DNA of 64,000 nt from NCBI RefSeq assembly GCF_009914755.1, contig NC_060936.1; one strand, given 5' to 3'. A program made the translations under genes and the position numbers. The stretch is from the human T2T-CHM13v2.0 reference genome, Homo sapiens. This document shows, one piece after another, positions 42,907-58,420 of the stretch. Within the stretch, counting starts at the first letter, position 1. The number at the start of each line of letters is the position of its first letter. A model generated the notes under the pieces. It was not told the origin of the DNA. It saw only the letters and a program-made list of their open reading frames with translations, and ran no database searches.

Positions 42907-43129
42907 TTATTTGGGGCCCTTGTTATAATAGAATTAAACTACATATACTCTTATGTGACTGGCTTTCTTTGAACAATGCTGTTCTTTGAGATTGAACCAC
43001 GTTGATCAGCACGTGATGGATTCACTTCCGCAGTTGTACACAGCATGACTGAATTAAACATTTTTGTTGAATCTATCCTGAATTGGCCTGTTTTTCCATT
43101 TCTATAAGTCATCTTTTGTGTCCTTCTGG

Positions 43130-43365
43130 AGTGTGTTAAAAAGAATATGGATTCTGGAGTCAGGCTGTTTAGTGTCCATCTCAGTTGACATGTACTAGCT
43201 ATGTGGCAAGTTATTTAACCCCTCTGTGTCTCAGTTTCCCCGTCTGTAAAATGGGAGCTAAAATACCTACTACCTCATAGGGTTATTGAAAGGTTTCAAA
43301 TGAATTCATATATAAGAAGCACTTGGGGCAGTGCCTGGCATACTGTAAGTTCTATATAATTGTTT
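43130..43365 (+). mobile_element. MIR
   Basis: ctcagtttccccgtctgtaaaatggg core. Confidence 0.8.
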
Positions 43366-43750
43366 GTGGTATGACTATACCACTGTGCAATCATAATAGT
43401 AACATATTCTTTTATTGGTGGAAGTTGAGTGTGTTTCTTGTTTTGGAGTTGTTATAAATAACGCTGCCATGTACCTTCCTATGCTTGTCCCCCACAGCAC
43501 ATAAACAAGAGGAATTAAGTGGCTTGGTCAGAGGATATGTGTCTTCAGCTTTTCTGGGCTATACTAAATTGTTTTCCAAAGTAATTGTACCAATTTACAT
43601 TCCCATCCATATAGTATAAGAGTTTCTCTTGCTCTACATCCTTCCCAGCTTGTCTTGTTAGGCTTTAAAATTTTTGTCAGTTTGGTAAGTATAAAATTAT
43701 ATTCCGGTGCATATTAATTTGCACATTTCATATTTGTATTGGCCATTTGA

Positions 43751-44345
<595 letters not shown>

Positions 44346-44588
44346 AGCCATTCAATTTTATATAAAATGCCTGTTTGCCACCATCCTATTTTTAGATTGA
44401 ACTGTTTGATTTTTCTTATTCATTTCTAGATCCTTTTTATGTATTGGAAATAGCTTCCCCAACTCTATAGCTTTGCGCTTCACTCTTTTTATATCATTTA
44501 ATAAAATGTATTGATTTTAATGTAATCAAGATTGTACATCATTCCCTTTATGGTTGATGCTTTTTCATATGAATTATGAAGAAATCCT

Positions 44589-44886
<298 letters not shown>

Positions 44887-46062
44887 GGAAAGAAAGAAAT
44901 AATTTCCTACCCCAAGGCCATGAAGATATCTTCTATATTCTCTTCTAAAGCTTTATAGTTTTGCCTTTCACATTTAGATTTTTTTTGGTAACCATCTTAC
45001 TGAAATACAATTCATACACCATACAATTTAGAGTAGATACCTCAAGGTTTTCAGTTTATTCACAGAGTTACACAACCATCAACACAATCAATTTTAGAGC
45101 ATTTCAACACCTTGAAAAGAAATCTCATGCCCTTTAGCAGTCACCTCAAACTGCCTAGCACTTGGTAACTACTGATCCACTTTCCATGTCTATATATTTC
45201 ACTGTTCTGGATATTTCATATAAATGAAGTCATATAGTAGTTGTCCTTTTGTAACTGCTTCTTTCACCTAGCATGATGTTTTCAAGGTTCATCCATGTTG
45301 TAACATGTATCAGTACTCCTTTCTTTTTGTTGCCACATATAGGTCTTTAATCCACTGAAAATTACTTTTCTGTGTGGTATGGGGTAGGCATACAGTTTTT
45401 TTGCACACACCTCCCAGTGTCCCAGGATGATATTTGGAAAAGGCTGCCCTTTTCTCACTGCTTTGTTCTGCTACCTTTGTCAACATAAAGTGTTCATTTA
45501 TTTGTAGGTCTGATCCTGGGCTCTCTATTCTGTTACACTGGTGTCTTTGTATCCCCATGCCAATATCATACTATCTGGATTAATGTAGTTTTACAGTATG
45601 GCTTGGTAACTAGTAGAGCAAGTCATCAGACAACAATAAGCTGTTCTGTATACAGATTATCTTGGCTATTCTTGGTCCTTTGCAATTTCACAAAAATTTC
45701 AGAAACAGCTTGTCAAGTTTTACTTAAACTTCTTGGGATTTTGATTGTGATAGTATTGAATCTAAGGACCAGTGTGGGAGAACATAACATCTTTAGAATA
45801 CTGAGTCTTTCCATTCATGAATATGGTATACCCTTTTATTGTTCTTTAATTTCTTCTAATTGTTTTCCTTTAAAATGTATTGAGGTGAAATTCACATAAT
45901 GTAAAATTAGCTGTTTTAAAGTAATCAGATTCAGTGGCATTTTGTAAACTCACAGTATTGTGCAGCCGCCACTTCTTTATAGTTTCAAAACATTTCCATC
46001 ACTCCAAAGTAAAATATCTTCCCATTAAGCAGTTTCCACTCATGTTCCCTCCCACCATCTCT

Positions 46063-46492
46063 TGCCGTCTTAGTCCATTTTGTGTTGCTATAAAGGAATA
46101 CTTGAGGCTGAATAGTTTATAAAGAAAGAAAGGTTTATTTGGCTTATAATTCTGATGGCTGGAAAGTTCAAGATTGGGCATCTGCACGTGGTGAGGGCCT
46201 CATAGTGGAAGATAAAGGGAAACTAACATGTGCAGAGATCACATGGTGAGTGAGGAAGCAAGAGAGAGGAGGTGGAGGTATCACCTGATGGGCTCTTTTT
46301 AAATAACCAGCTCTTTCAGGAACAAATAGAGTGAAAACTCACTCACCCTGAGGGAGGGCATTAATTTATTCATGAGGGATCCATGGGATGGAGCCTATGA
46401 CCCAAGCACCTCCTAGAAGGCCCCACCTCCAACACTGGGGATCAGGTTTCAACATGAGACTTGGTGGAAACAAACCATACCCAAACCAAAGC
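46063..46492 (-). mobile_element. MST-type MaLR solo LTR
   Basis: gtcttagtccattttgtgttgctataaaggaatac...ccaaaccaaagca. Confidence 0.8.
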
Positions 46493-47185
46493 ATTTGGCA
46501 ACCACCAATCTGCATTCTGCCTCTATGGCTTTATCAGTTCTGTTTATCCAATAATGTCTTATCATTTTCTCCTATAGCAGTCTTATATATCTTCTATTAG
46601 ATTTATTCCTAAAGAATCTTTAACTTTATTGTGAAATGTTTTAAATAAGTATTATGAAAAATAAACATTCTATATGTCATGCAACCAATAAGCTTTGTAT
46701 AAAAGTAGAAAGAATAGTATAATGAATCTCCTAGTAACTCTCACCACCAGGATAATAATCATCTCATGGCCAGTGATGTCTTACCTCCTTCCCCACTTGT
46801 TTCCCATAGCCAGGTTACTCTGATACAGTTCCAGACACAATGTCATTTCCTCCGTATTTCAGTATTTATTTCTAAGTGATACAGAATCTTTTAAAAACAT
46901 AACCACTATGCCATACGTTGTGATTATTGATAACTCTTTTTCATCTCTTTTTTAAAATAACAGCTTTATTGAGATCTAATTCATATGCCATACAATTAAT
47001 CTATTTAAAGTGTACAGTTCACTTGTTTTTAATATATTTGCAGAGTTGTGCAGTCATCACCACACCATGGACATGTTTCCGTTTCTCTTGGGTAGATACC
47101 TAAGAGTGGAACTGCTGGGTCATATGGTAGCTCTGTTTAATCTTTGGAGGAGCTACCAGAATGTTTTCCAAAGTGGCTGCACCAT

Positions 47186-47512
47186 TTTCTTTTTCTTTTT
47201 TTTTTCTTTTTTATTTATTTATTTATTTTTTTGAGATAAGGTCTCACTCTTTTGCCCAGGCTGGAGTCCAGTGGTGTGATCACGGCTTACTGCAGCCTTG
47301 ACCTCCCAGACTTAAGCAATCCTCCCACCTCAGCCTCCCAAATAGATGGTACCACAGGTGTGCACCACCATACCCAGCCAATTTTTTTTTTCATTTTTGT
47401 AGAGATGTGGTCTCACTGTGCTACCCAGGCTAGTCTCAAACTCCTGAGCTCAAGCCCCCGTCTGGGCCTCCCAAAAGGCTGGGATTGCAGGCATGCGCCA
47501 CTGTGCCCGACC
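47186..47512 (-). mobile_element. Alu (J-like)
   Basis: TSD ctgcaccatttt. Confidence 0.93.
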
Positions 47513-47929
47513 TGCACCATTTTATATTCCCACCAACAATGGATGAGGGTTCTAAATTGTTTACTTCCTTGCCAACACTTATTATCTGATATTTTCCCTG
47601 GTGAGGGCCTCAGGCTACTCGTAGTGGAAGGTAAAAGGAAGCTAGCACGTAGAGAGATTACATGGTGTGAGAGGAAGCAAGAGAGAGAGGGAGGGAGGGA
47701 TAGGGGTGGGTGTGAAGTGGTATCTCATTGTGGTTTTGAGTTGCATTTTCTACTTTTTTCTCTTTTAAAATATAGGTTCCCTTGTAGTTTCCTTCAACAA
47801 ATGTTGAAGAAAGTAACTAGATTTTCCTGTAGCGTCTCCCACTCTGGATTTAGGTGATGGTATACTACAGCATTGTTTAATGTCTTTTCCATTCCTTACT
47901 GTCCTTTGAATTGGAAGTTAGATCTAAAC

Positions 47930-48130
47930 CTGTGCTCCCTGAGTACTAGGCACTGGTCACCTATGGCTATGTAAATTTAAATAAATCAAAATTAAATACA
48001 AATTTCAGTTCCTCAGCCTCACCACATTTCAAGTGCTAAAAGGCCACACATGTGGCTAGTGGCTGCTGTACTGAACAGTGAAGCTATCAAACATTTTCAT
48101 CATGTCAGAAGATTCTATTTGACAGCGCTG
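47930..48130. mobile_element. MER33-like hAT-Charlie relic
   Basis: ccacatttcaagtgct...catgtggctagtggct...gattctatttgacagcgctg. Confidence 0.75.
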
Positions 48131-48595
48131 ACTTAGGGGTTAGATCAGATTCAGCTCTGTAGGATTTCAATCTTTTGAAACTTGAGATTTACTTTATGGC
48201 TGGGAATAATGTCCATTTTTAAAAAGTTCTATGTGCTTTTGAACTAAAATGTATATGCTCCAGTTGTTGGGTGCAACGGTCTACATGTGTTAGTTGATTG
48301 TGGTGTTTGATTTTCTGTGTGCTATTGAGGGTTTTTTGCTATTGGTTTCTGTCAGTTTCTATCAGAGAGAGGCTAGTTATGATCCCTCACTATGGGATTG
48401 TTTTAGTAAACTGCAATATAGTAAGCACAAATAGTGAAATACTTTGCAGTTCTAAAAAATAATGAGGAATATCTCTCTAAACAACTCCCAAATGAGCTCC
48501 AAAAAAGACAAGATTGAAAAATAGCATATATAGTTTGCAAACATTAGCCTAAGAAAAGAGGAAAACAAATCTACATGTAAATTGCTTATATTTAA

Positions 48596-49087
<492 letters not shown>

Positions 49088-49556
49088 AATTTTAACATTT
49101 AAAAAATAGTTGTTTACAGGAGGAGGATGAGAATGCAGAAGAAAGGGTAAGAACAGGAGCTAGGTCTCTGAATATGCCCTAATTTATTCCTTGGCATCAT
49201 TAAATATTCTACATACTTATAAAACAAAATTAAATTTAAAAATCAATCCGCTGACATAAACGGTAAAATGAAAAAAAAATGTACATCTGGTTGCTAGCAT
49301 AGAGAGATTGACTATTTCAAGGGAACCTAAAAAACACAGTAATGTGTCTCTACAATTCCAGTGAGGTTTACCCTGAGGACAAAGAATTCAAAAAGTTTTA
49401 GATGGTTTTCAGTAATCCCACCGGTGACAGTGTTGGTATTATTATTTTGAGACTGTTGTGTGTATATTGTTAATAAAGCCAATGAAACATTGCTCATGTC
49501 ATTGAACTAGAATTTTTGGATGGGAGAAAAGAGAAGAGATAGAAAACTAAGGTTAA

Positions 49557-49875
<319 letters not shown>

Positions 49876-50159
49876 TTAAATTGATAGAATCAGAATAAAC
49901 TCATAATATATTTTATTTTTAAAATGCTTTCTTCTGCTATTGAAAAGGTCTAGAAACAATGATTAACCCTGCAGCAATGACCACTCCTAGGGTATGAACG
50001 TGGCAGCTACCATCTACCCACTCAAAGAAACCAGAGTTCATTGGAGAAAAGACAGATTCAAGGTCTAGGTTGAAAACAAATAAGCTTTGAAACAACTCAG
50101 CATCCTTATAAGCAAGAAAGCTCATAAAGACAAGGCCATGTCAGAAGGACTCGAATCAC

Positions 50160-50322
50160 TCAGGTATGACAGCATGCACCTGTAATCCCAGCTACTTGGG
50201 AAGCTGAGGAGAGAAGATGGCTTGAGCTCAGGAGTTCAAGATTACAGTGAGCTATGACTGCACTACCGCAGTCCAGGCTGGATGACAGAGTAAAAATCCT
50301 ATCTCCAAAATAACAATAATAA
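50160..50322 (+). mobile_element. Alu right monomer (FRAM-like)
   Basis: cctgtaatcccagctacttggg... Confidence 0.85.
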
Positions 50323-50335
50323 ATTAATTAAACTA

Positions 50336-50726
<391 letters not shown>

Positions 50727-52294
50727 GTTAACTATCATGGCATGAAACATAACCAATACATATAAACCTTTAATTTGTAATGATATTAAAAACTCATTGT
50801 CACCTTGGGAGGATGCAGTGGAACCAACTCATTATTCTGAAAACTAGCAAATCAAACATTTATCCTGCCTTTCCCTTGCAAACTGTACCACAGGGCAACC
50901 AAACAGTTAATAAGGGAAATTTCTCTTTATAGAACAGTCTCATCTAATAAATGAAGATGGTTTGATAGAACTGGAATATCAAACTCCTAAGAAAATGTGG
51001 ATTTGGGTAGTGTGTATCAGAAAACACTGACATCCTGAAAAGACAGCCAGCCCTCATGTGTCTCCTTCTGGAAGTATAATATGCTGCCTATGAAGTCTTT
51101 TTTTTTGCCAAAACCAATCAATCTTGTATCTGATTGGACCTCTAATTCAAACAACCAGTTTTCAGGAAATGCAGGAGAAAGACAGACATGTTAAATGACT
51201 CCTTAAGAATGCAATTAACAAAACCTAGAATGTGAGAAATTCTACAAGACAGATTGTCCAATTTTCTCTATGAATAAATTGCAAGAAAGAAATGGAGGGA
51301 ACCTATAGAACAAAAGAGACTTGAGAGACACATTGGCTAAATGCAATGTGTGGACCTTGTTTGGATCCTGATTTGAGCAAACCAATTGTAAAATATAGAT
51401 ATAATTAGAGAAATTTGAACATTAGGTATTATAATTAGTATTAAGGAATTATTATGGTATTCTTTATGATAATGGTGTTGTGATTACATATAGGTATATA
51501 AGTGCATGTATAGTTTTAGAGCTCCTATGTTTTAGAGATACCTACTAAAATATTTATACATAAAGCGATATAATGTTTTGTGATTTACCTCGAAATAATC
51601 CAGTGCTGGGGGAGTAGTGAAACACAGCTGGAATAGGGGAAGGCATACGTTCATTGTTGAAGCTGTGTATATTGAGTTTGTTGTACTTTTGTTAGTTTTG
51701 TGTATGAGAACTTTTCAAAATATCTTTATATATATATATTTACAGGAAAAATATATTTTAAAAATATGAATTAAAATAATGATATATATAAATAAATATA
51801 TAAATATATAAAAAATAAATATAAAGAAAAGATGAAGTAAAAAATAATACTGGCAGTACACAGACAATGACAATACATGTGAAGGAAGTGCTCAAATGAT
51901 GGTGCTTGGGCAATAAAGGCTCGGGGGCTATGCAGTGGTTTGCAAACTCTCCTCTGCCCTAGGCTTTCCCCAGAACCTCTCCCATGTTTCTGTGGGGCAA
52001 CCCAGTGAAACTCTCACCCCCTACTTCAATCAGAAAGGTCTGCTTTCCTCAATTTTACATATTAAGGTTTCTTATAACATTTCCCTTGAACAAAGGATTT
52101 TGACATTTCAAATAAAATTCAAAAATGACAGCTTCAAGGCTTATCATCTACCTTCTTCTCCCCTTAAAAAATAGCCCTTACTCTTCCTCCAGAACTTTAG
52201 GGTAGTAGCCAAAACAGCTGGCCAAGTTTAACATGGGAGAACTGTGGCTCACATTCAAACTGCTGTCCTCCCAGTGGAAAAGTTCTGTTCCGCA

Positions 52295-52677
52295 TGTGTA
52301 TTAGTCAGGATAAGCAGTCTTCAGCTACAATAACAAACAGCCCCAAAACTCAGAAGTTTCCCATAACAGGAGTTTATTTCTTACGTACACAAAGTCTACT
52401 GTGGGTGTTGATGACTCTTCAAGACATCTCTCCTCCATGTGATGGCTCAGGAATCCAGGCTGTTTTGATCTTGTGGCTTGTCCATTCAGCAAAAGAAATT
52501 CTCAGTCATTGCAGTATCAAAGAAGTTCTAATAACACTGGAAGGGTCTTACACAAATGTCACTTCTATTTACAGCCAGTTGGCCGGAAGTAGTCAAGCAA
52601 CTCCACCTAACTGCAAGGGAGTTTGTAAATGTGGGGAAGTCCACGGAATAGCTGGCAGGCATTTCTGCCTCTACCAT
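52295..52677. mobile_element. MLT1-type MaLR LTR
   Basis: tattagtcaggataag...taacaaacagcccc...cacctaactgcaaggga. Confidence 0.7.
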
Positions 52678-53889
52678 GGCATCTCACCACCTTTCCACAT
52701 ACTGTGGCCTCCCTGTCATCTCCCCACCCCGACTCCACATACTGGGTCAAGCATTAGATTATGTAGAAGATGATCAGATCATCACTGAGTACATGATACT
52801 TCCAAAATGATGGTTCTGGTTTGAGTGTTTCCTTGAATCCCCTGCTTTTAGATGAGCAACAGGTCTAAACCATCCAAGACAAAGAGTGGCTTGCTGCAGA
52901 GGCTGCAAAATAATGTCCTGCAAGGGTAAATTGTACGACAGGACTGGGTATGTAATTCCAAACTTCTGACTTAAATAATCGGAAGTTCTGGCAACACAGG
53001 CCCTATATTTGTGCCTGATGTCAACCAGCTGGAGCCAGACAGTAGCTACACACCAGAGATGGCCATTCATTCCTGAGTCTAACCCAGTCCCCATCACCTG
53101 GCAGCTTGACTCAGTCATGGTACCTGCTGGAACCCTGTAACAGGCAGAATCTGTGATCCCTGCACCATGGTTATGCACAGTTAGGATCCTCCACAGTTTT
53201 ATCACCCCAAAGATGGAGTTCTTTCTTAGATGTAACTTAATTTGATTTAATTTAATTTTCTTAGGTGTAATTGAAGATCTCTTTAATTTCCTCCCTCTTA
53301 TTTAATCTGGATTTAATGCTCTCTTTATAAGTCTCTTAGTCATCTTTTTGGTCAAGGCTGAATCACTCCAACTTCTTGATTACCCTTCTCCTTTATGTCC
53401 CAATATTCATCCCTTTGATGGTCCATGTCACTCTTATTGGGACACTCTCGTTTTCTCACGCCCTTTAAAAGATAACTGGAAATCAACAAAGGAATCGAGG
53501 TGTCAGAACTGAAATATTGCAATAAACAAAACTCTAGTCTGAAGTGAATGGAGTCTGCTTTGACCCTGGCAAGTTAAAAATCATTGTCATGTTCCTTAAT
53601 CTACAAGGTTTTGTCAAATTTCTTTGGGCTTCAAGTCACATCAGTTCCTAGGCTGACTGCAGGAGTACCCCACCCTCCCATCCTTAGGACCAGGCTAAGA
53701 GAGAAATTTGGTTAATCTCTGCATCCTCCACCTGCAGCAACCTGACTGCAGTAATATTTCTGGGTGCAGCTCCAGACATTATTTCAGACACCAACCCACC
53801 TCCAATTTAATAGAGGCTCATTGACTCCTAATCAGCAGACTTGCTTTACTATGTTTCTATTTCTAATAATCGTGATTATTGATACTAAT

Positions 53890-54125
53890 GATGACAAAAG
53901 CAAGCACTCACTAAATTTAAATTGTGCCTGGCAGGGTTCCATGTGCTTTACATGGTTCTGGTGAAACTGACAACCCTATGAGGTAAGTACAATTATAATT
54001 CCGTTTTATAGAGATGAAACAAGAGACTTGGGACTCTCCCAAGATTATACTGCCAGGAAGCAACAGAGATAGGATTTGAACTTGGAAATGCTCGTGTTCC
54101 AACGTCTTAATCATTATGCTATGCT
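53890..54125 (-). mobile_element. MIR
   Basis: caaccctatgaggtaagtac...ttttatagagatgaaacaagagact. Confidence 0.75.
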
Positions 54126-54165
54126 ATATGTGGTACAGCATGGAAATATTTGGGATTACTAAAAT

Positions 54166-54491
54166 GTTTCTTTTTTTCTTTCTTTCTTTTCTTTTTTTTT
54201 TTTTTTAAGACAATGTCTCACTCTGTTGCCTAGGCTGGAGTGTAGCAGTGCAATCATGGCTCATTGCAGCCTCAGCCTTCTGAGGTTCATGCGATCCTCC
54301 CACTTCAGCCTCATGAGCAGCTGGGACTACAGGCACGCACTGCCACACCCAGCTAGTTTTCATATTTTTAGTAGAGACAGAGTTTCAACATGTTACTCAG
54401 GCTGGTTTCAAACTCCTGGGCTCAAGTGATCCGCCTGCCTTGGCCTCCCAAAGTGCCAGGATTACAAACACGAGCCTACCACGCCCAGCCT
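54166..54491 (-). mobile_element. Alu (J-like)
   Basis: Antisense dimer. Confidence 0.93.
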
Positions 54492-54586
54492 GAAATCACT
54501 AAAATATTGTTTGATCTAAATGCATTGTTTTGAATGTTAGGTTGCTAGTGATTAAGGCTCTTCTAGCTCCATTTGGCTAGTGTAGG

Positions 54587-54603
54587 GAGACATCTGGTGG
54601 CCA
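54587..54603 (-). promoter_or_regulatory. CTCF-like motif
   Basis: Reverse complement TGGCCACCAGATGTCTC; 5' half is a good match, 3' end is degenerate. Confidence 0.35.
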
Positions 54604-54609
54604 TTCTGT

Positions 54610-55890
54610 TTTTTAAAACTTTTTTTATGGAAAACTTCAAATTTATGCAAAGTAAACAGAATAGTATCATAAATCCCCCTCTACCCACCACCTAGCTTTA
54701 ACAATTAACATTCTGCCATTCCGTTTATATTCATACCTCCAGCCAATCCCTACCTCTTCCCCACTTATTTTTTACGGTTGTTTTTCAAAAATAAAATTTA
54801 CATATAGTGAAATGCACACAATTTTAACAGTTTATCTTGACCGATAGATATACTCATGTAACCCACAGCCCTATCATGATATGGAATGTTTTCATCACTC
54901 CAAAAATGTCATTTGCCTGACAACTCCTCAACTAGGCAACAATTGTTCTGATTTTTCACTGTGGATTAGTTTTGCTTGTCCCAGTGTGCCATATCAATGG
55001 AATCCTACAGTACGACTCTTTTGTGTCTGGGCTCTTTCACTCAGCATAATGTCTGTGAGAGTCATCCATGCTCTTGCGTGTACCCGTTATTTCTCTTTTA
55101 TTGCTGTCCTCCTTCTATTGTACAGATGGGCCACAGCCATTCTCCAGTTGATGGGGATTTGGATTGTTTCCAGTTAGGGGCCGTTCTGAATAAAGTTGAG
55201 CATGAGTTGAACTTCATGTTCAAGTCTTTTTGTAGACATATGTTTACATTTCTCTTGTGTAAATACTTAGGAGTGGAATCGCTGGATCAAAGAATAGAGG
55301 CATGGTTAACTTCATTAGAAACTGCCAGATCTTTTTCCCAAAGTGATTCTCTTTGCATTCCTACCAGAAGTGCGAGAGAATTCTGTCTGCTCCGCATCCT
55401 CACCAGTATTTGGTGTTGTCAGTGTTTTTAATTTTAACTATTGTGGTGGTATCTCATTGTGGTTTTAATTTGTGTTTCCCTGATGACTAACAATGTTGAC
55501 CATTTTTCTATGTGTGTATTGCCAATTTGTCTATCTTCCTTTGTGAAGTGTCTATTCAAGTCTTTTGCCAAATTTTCATTGGGTTTGTCTTTTTATTATT
55601 GGACTGTAGGTGTCTTTTATTCTGGATACAAATTCTTTGCGTCTGTATAATTTAGGAATATTTTCTGCTGTTCTGTGACTTGCCTATTTTCTTAACAGTG
55701 TCTTCTAATGAGAAGCTTTATATTTGGTGAAGTCTGATTTCTTATTTTGTGTCTTTTATTATTATTTCTTCCTGGCTCTCATCTAAGAAAACTTTGCCTT
55801 CCCCTGGTTACAAAGATAGTCCCCTTGTTTACTTCCAGTAGCTTTATATAGATTTTAAATTTGCATTTAGGTCTAAGATGCATCTCAAGT

Positions 55891-55926
<36 letters not shown>

Positions 55927-56310
55927 TGTAGTGTAATGTAATATAGGGACTGAAATGCATTTTTACTTTCTTTTTCTATTTATATATTTTTAAGTAGAGA
56001 TGGGAATCTCCCTGTGTTGCCCAGGCTGGTCTCCAACTCCTGGCTTTAGACAATCCTCCTGCCTCAGCATCCCAGTGTGCTGGGATCACAGCTGTGAGCC
56101 ACCACACACAACTGCAATTTTTTTTCTTTATAAATATCTAGTTGTTCCTGCACCATTGGATGGAAATGTTTTCCATTTCTGTGCTGAATTGTTTTGGGAC
56201 CTCTACTGAAAATCAATTGAGACGCAGTCTTATTAAACACAGTCTTATTCTAGCTTTGTTTTTCTTTTGCAAGGTTAATTTGGCTATGCTAGGACCTTTG
56301 CATATCCATA
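54610..56310 (-). mobile_element. L1M fragments with a FLAM-like monomer (55990-56110)
   Basis: ORF pieces [17 protein letters not shown] are the antisense L1 ORF2 signature. Confidence 0.8.
55893..55924. repeat. (GT)n microsatellite
   Basis: About 16 GT units. Confidence 0.95.
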
Positions 56311-56970
56311 TGTACCAGTTGTCAATTTATTGCCTCTCAGATCCAAATTCACCCTTCATTACCTGCTGAGCAATAACCAACTGCACGCTTTAGGCATTTC
56401 TCCTTAAAGTGAACACAATGTCATTTTTGTCACTAGAGGGCACTGGAGGGACATTGCAAAGGCAGGCCGCTTCTCTTCCTGATGTCCTTTGCTATGTTTT
56501 GCTTTTTCTTGTTTTCAGACTGTACATTCTGCTGCACGTGGTATGTGGGGGGGACACACACTAACCGTGTGCCCAGAGCACATAGTCTCTCAGTGACCTC
56601 ACAGCTCTGGCCAAGGGCCTGGTGACCACTTTGTCACAGCCCTCCTGATGCAGACATTACACACTCCAGGCTTCATACCTACTCCTGTTCCCTCTCCCAA
56701 CGCACACCTGCCCTCTGGCCGCAGCTTGCCTGAGCCCTGGAAGGTTGATTTCCTTGGCCCCCTCCATGGTCTCCCATCCAGCAGCGCGGGTGCTCAGGAA
56801 GGTCATGCCTGGTGCCTGCCCAGTGACCGAACCAGCTCTGGCCCTGGTATCCTGGTGAGATTCTTTGCCATCCAATGGGCTGTAGCCACACCTTCTCCAG
56901 TGACATCTGAAGCCCATCCTTGGAGAGGAACACTCCAAGTTTGTCCTTCCTTAAATATTCCTCTGTAGCA
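56311..56970. mobile_element. LTR41-like ERVL solo LTR
   Basis: tgtaccagttgtcaatttattgcctctcagatccaaattcacccttc...tttgtcactagagggcactggagggaca. Confidence 0.65.
56429..56446 (+). promoter_or_regulatory. CTCF core motif inside an LTR41-like element
   Basis: TCACTAGAGGGCAC, one mismatch to the consensus. Confidence 0.5.
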
Positions 56971-57224
56971 AGAATTTCCCTTTCTGGCCCAAACTCCTCA
57001 CCACCCATGTGAGAATTACAAAGTGAGTTTACACAATTAACACTTATTGAAATAAAGAAAAATTAATTTTAAAAAAAGAAAAAATTCAAGCTTGACTAAT
57101 CAACATAAAGGAAACATTAATTTTAAAAAAACATTTATTGAGTCCATGGTTGTCAGGAAAGCAAGTCTGGGTATGTTGTCTAGGTTCATTTTCTGGCTGC
57201 GTCTTTTGGCAGATTTTGGGCGTG

Positions 57225-57380
57225 GCTTATGACATTCCTATGCCTCAGTTTTCTCATCTGTAGAATGGGCATCATAATAGTATTTCATAGGGTCAGAATG
57301 AAGATCAAATGAAACAGTATAAGTCAAGTGTTTAGAATAGTACCTAGCAGTAAATACTTGGTTCCTATCAGCTGCTGCTA
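57225..57380 (+). mobile_element. MIR
   Basis: tgcctcagttttctcatctgtagaatggg. Confidence 0.8.
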
Positions 57381-57565
57381 TTCCTATTTTTTATGATTAT
57401 GATCTTGTATCCCCAACCATATTGTAAACTCTAAGTGAAGACGGCATAATTTAATGCTGGCTCTCTACTATCCCAGGGTTTAGCATCTTGTTATTTCCAT
57501 GCATTAGACGTGTAATAGATATTACCAAATAGATGAGCTGCTGAAGAATGTTCTATTTCCCGTAG

Positions 57566-57727
57566 AAAGAAGACGTGAGGAGGAAACACATCCGTCTGCA
57601 CATGGAAGGGGCGCTGACTGCCCGGGACAAGGTCGGGGTTCAGGATTTTGTGCTATTGGACGCGTACACCAGCGAATCTGCCTTTGTCGACAACCTCCGC
57701 AAGCGTTTCAGAGAGAACCTCATATAC
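57566..57727 (+). CDS. MYO1H: Myosin IH coding exon (motor-domain N-terminus); ATG at 57602, the 36 nt upstream are open and in frame
   Basis: Acceptor ttctatttcccgtAG (57564-57565), donor TAC|gtaacg at 57728. 57602-57727 = 42 codons [42 protein letters not shown], a class I myosin start closely similar to MYO1C ([19 protein letters not shown]). Confidence 0.96.
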
Positions 57728-57879
57728 GTAACGTGACCCACTTCTCAGCTGTTTTTCTAGGGTGGTTGTTCCCTTCTTGCCTTCACGACTTTGATGAGTG
57801 TGAATAATAGCACTCTATTAGGTTAGACATTAAAGGGAGATACTGAGGCGCCACTCTTAGATGCACTTCGATCCTTTGT

Positions 57880-58420
57880 GCTAAGACGTTTATGGCTGCC
57901 CGTGACAGAGACCCAACTTACACCAGCCTAAGTCACTAAAAGGAATCTGTCCATGTCTGTTACTGTAGGTCCCGGGACTAGATCTAGGGTTTCAGACAAT
58001 GTCTGGCAACTCCTTCTCAATCTCTGCTCTGCTTTCTTAGGCATCCATTTCTTTCTCAAGTGCATGGCAGCAAGATGGCTGCCCTCAGATCCAGGCTGTC
58101 ATTTTATCAGCTCAGGGTTGCTGCAGAGAAGCGAGCCAATACTCTGGGGATAAGCTCTAGTAAATGGCCCAAGTTGACATTGATCAGCTCTGATTGGCCC
58201 ACTTTCGGTCATGTGCCTGTCTCTGAACCAATCCCATGGCTAGAAATGAAGACTATTCTGATTGGCCAGGCTCTTACCAGGCCTGTCCCTGAAGGTGAGG
58301 GGTGGAGTTGGAGCCCTGGACGGTATAGGCAGAGAGCTGGGGAAGAGGGTTCCCCAAAGGACTCTGTTGGGAGAAAGGGGCAGAGATACCAAGCAGGCAA
58401 AAATAAGAGCTGTCCACCAC
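57880..58420. mobile_element. Old MLT1-type LTR
   Basis: gacagagacccaactta...ggcagcaagatggctgcc...ctctgattggccc...ggtcatgtgcc...tgaaccaatc. Confidence 0.6.

Larger units (their letters stand above)
44900..47750 (-). mobile_element. Nested L1M fragments of several ages
   Basis: Repeated L1 3'-end motifs (aattcatacaccatacaattt, ttgaggtgaaattcacataa, gtggtatctcattgtggtttt). Confidence 0.7.

Noticed and set aside
47252-47857. Longest ORF (201 aa)
   Set aside because: Non-ATG start; a chimera of antisense Alu, L1 and MST sequence.
51720-51830. AT-rich TA tract
   Set aside because: Low-complexity decayed L1 tail; no further structure.
52294-53205. 159-aa and 143-aa ORFs
   Set aside because: The first coincides with an MLT1 LTR; the second has no recognisable homology.
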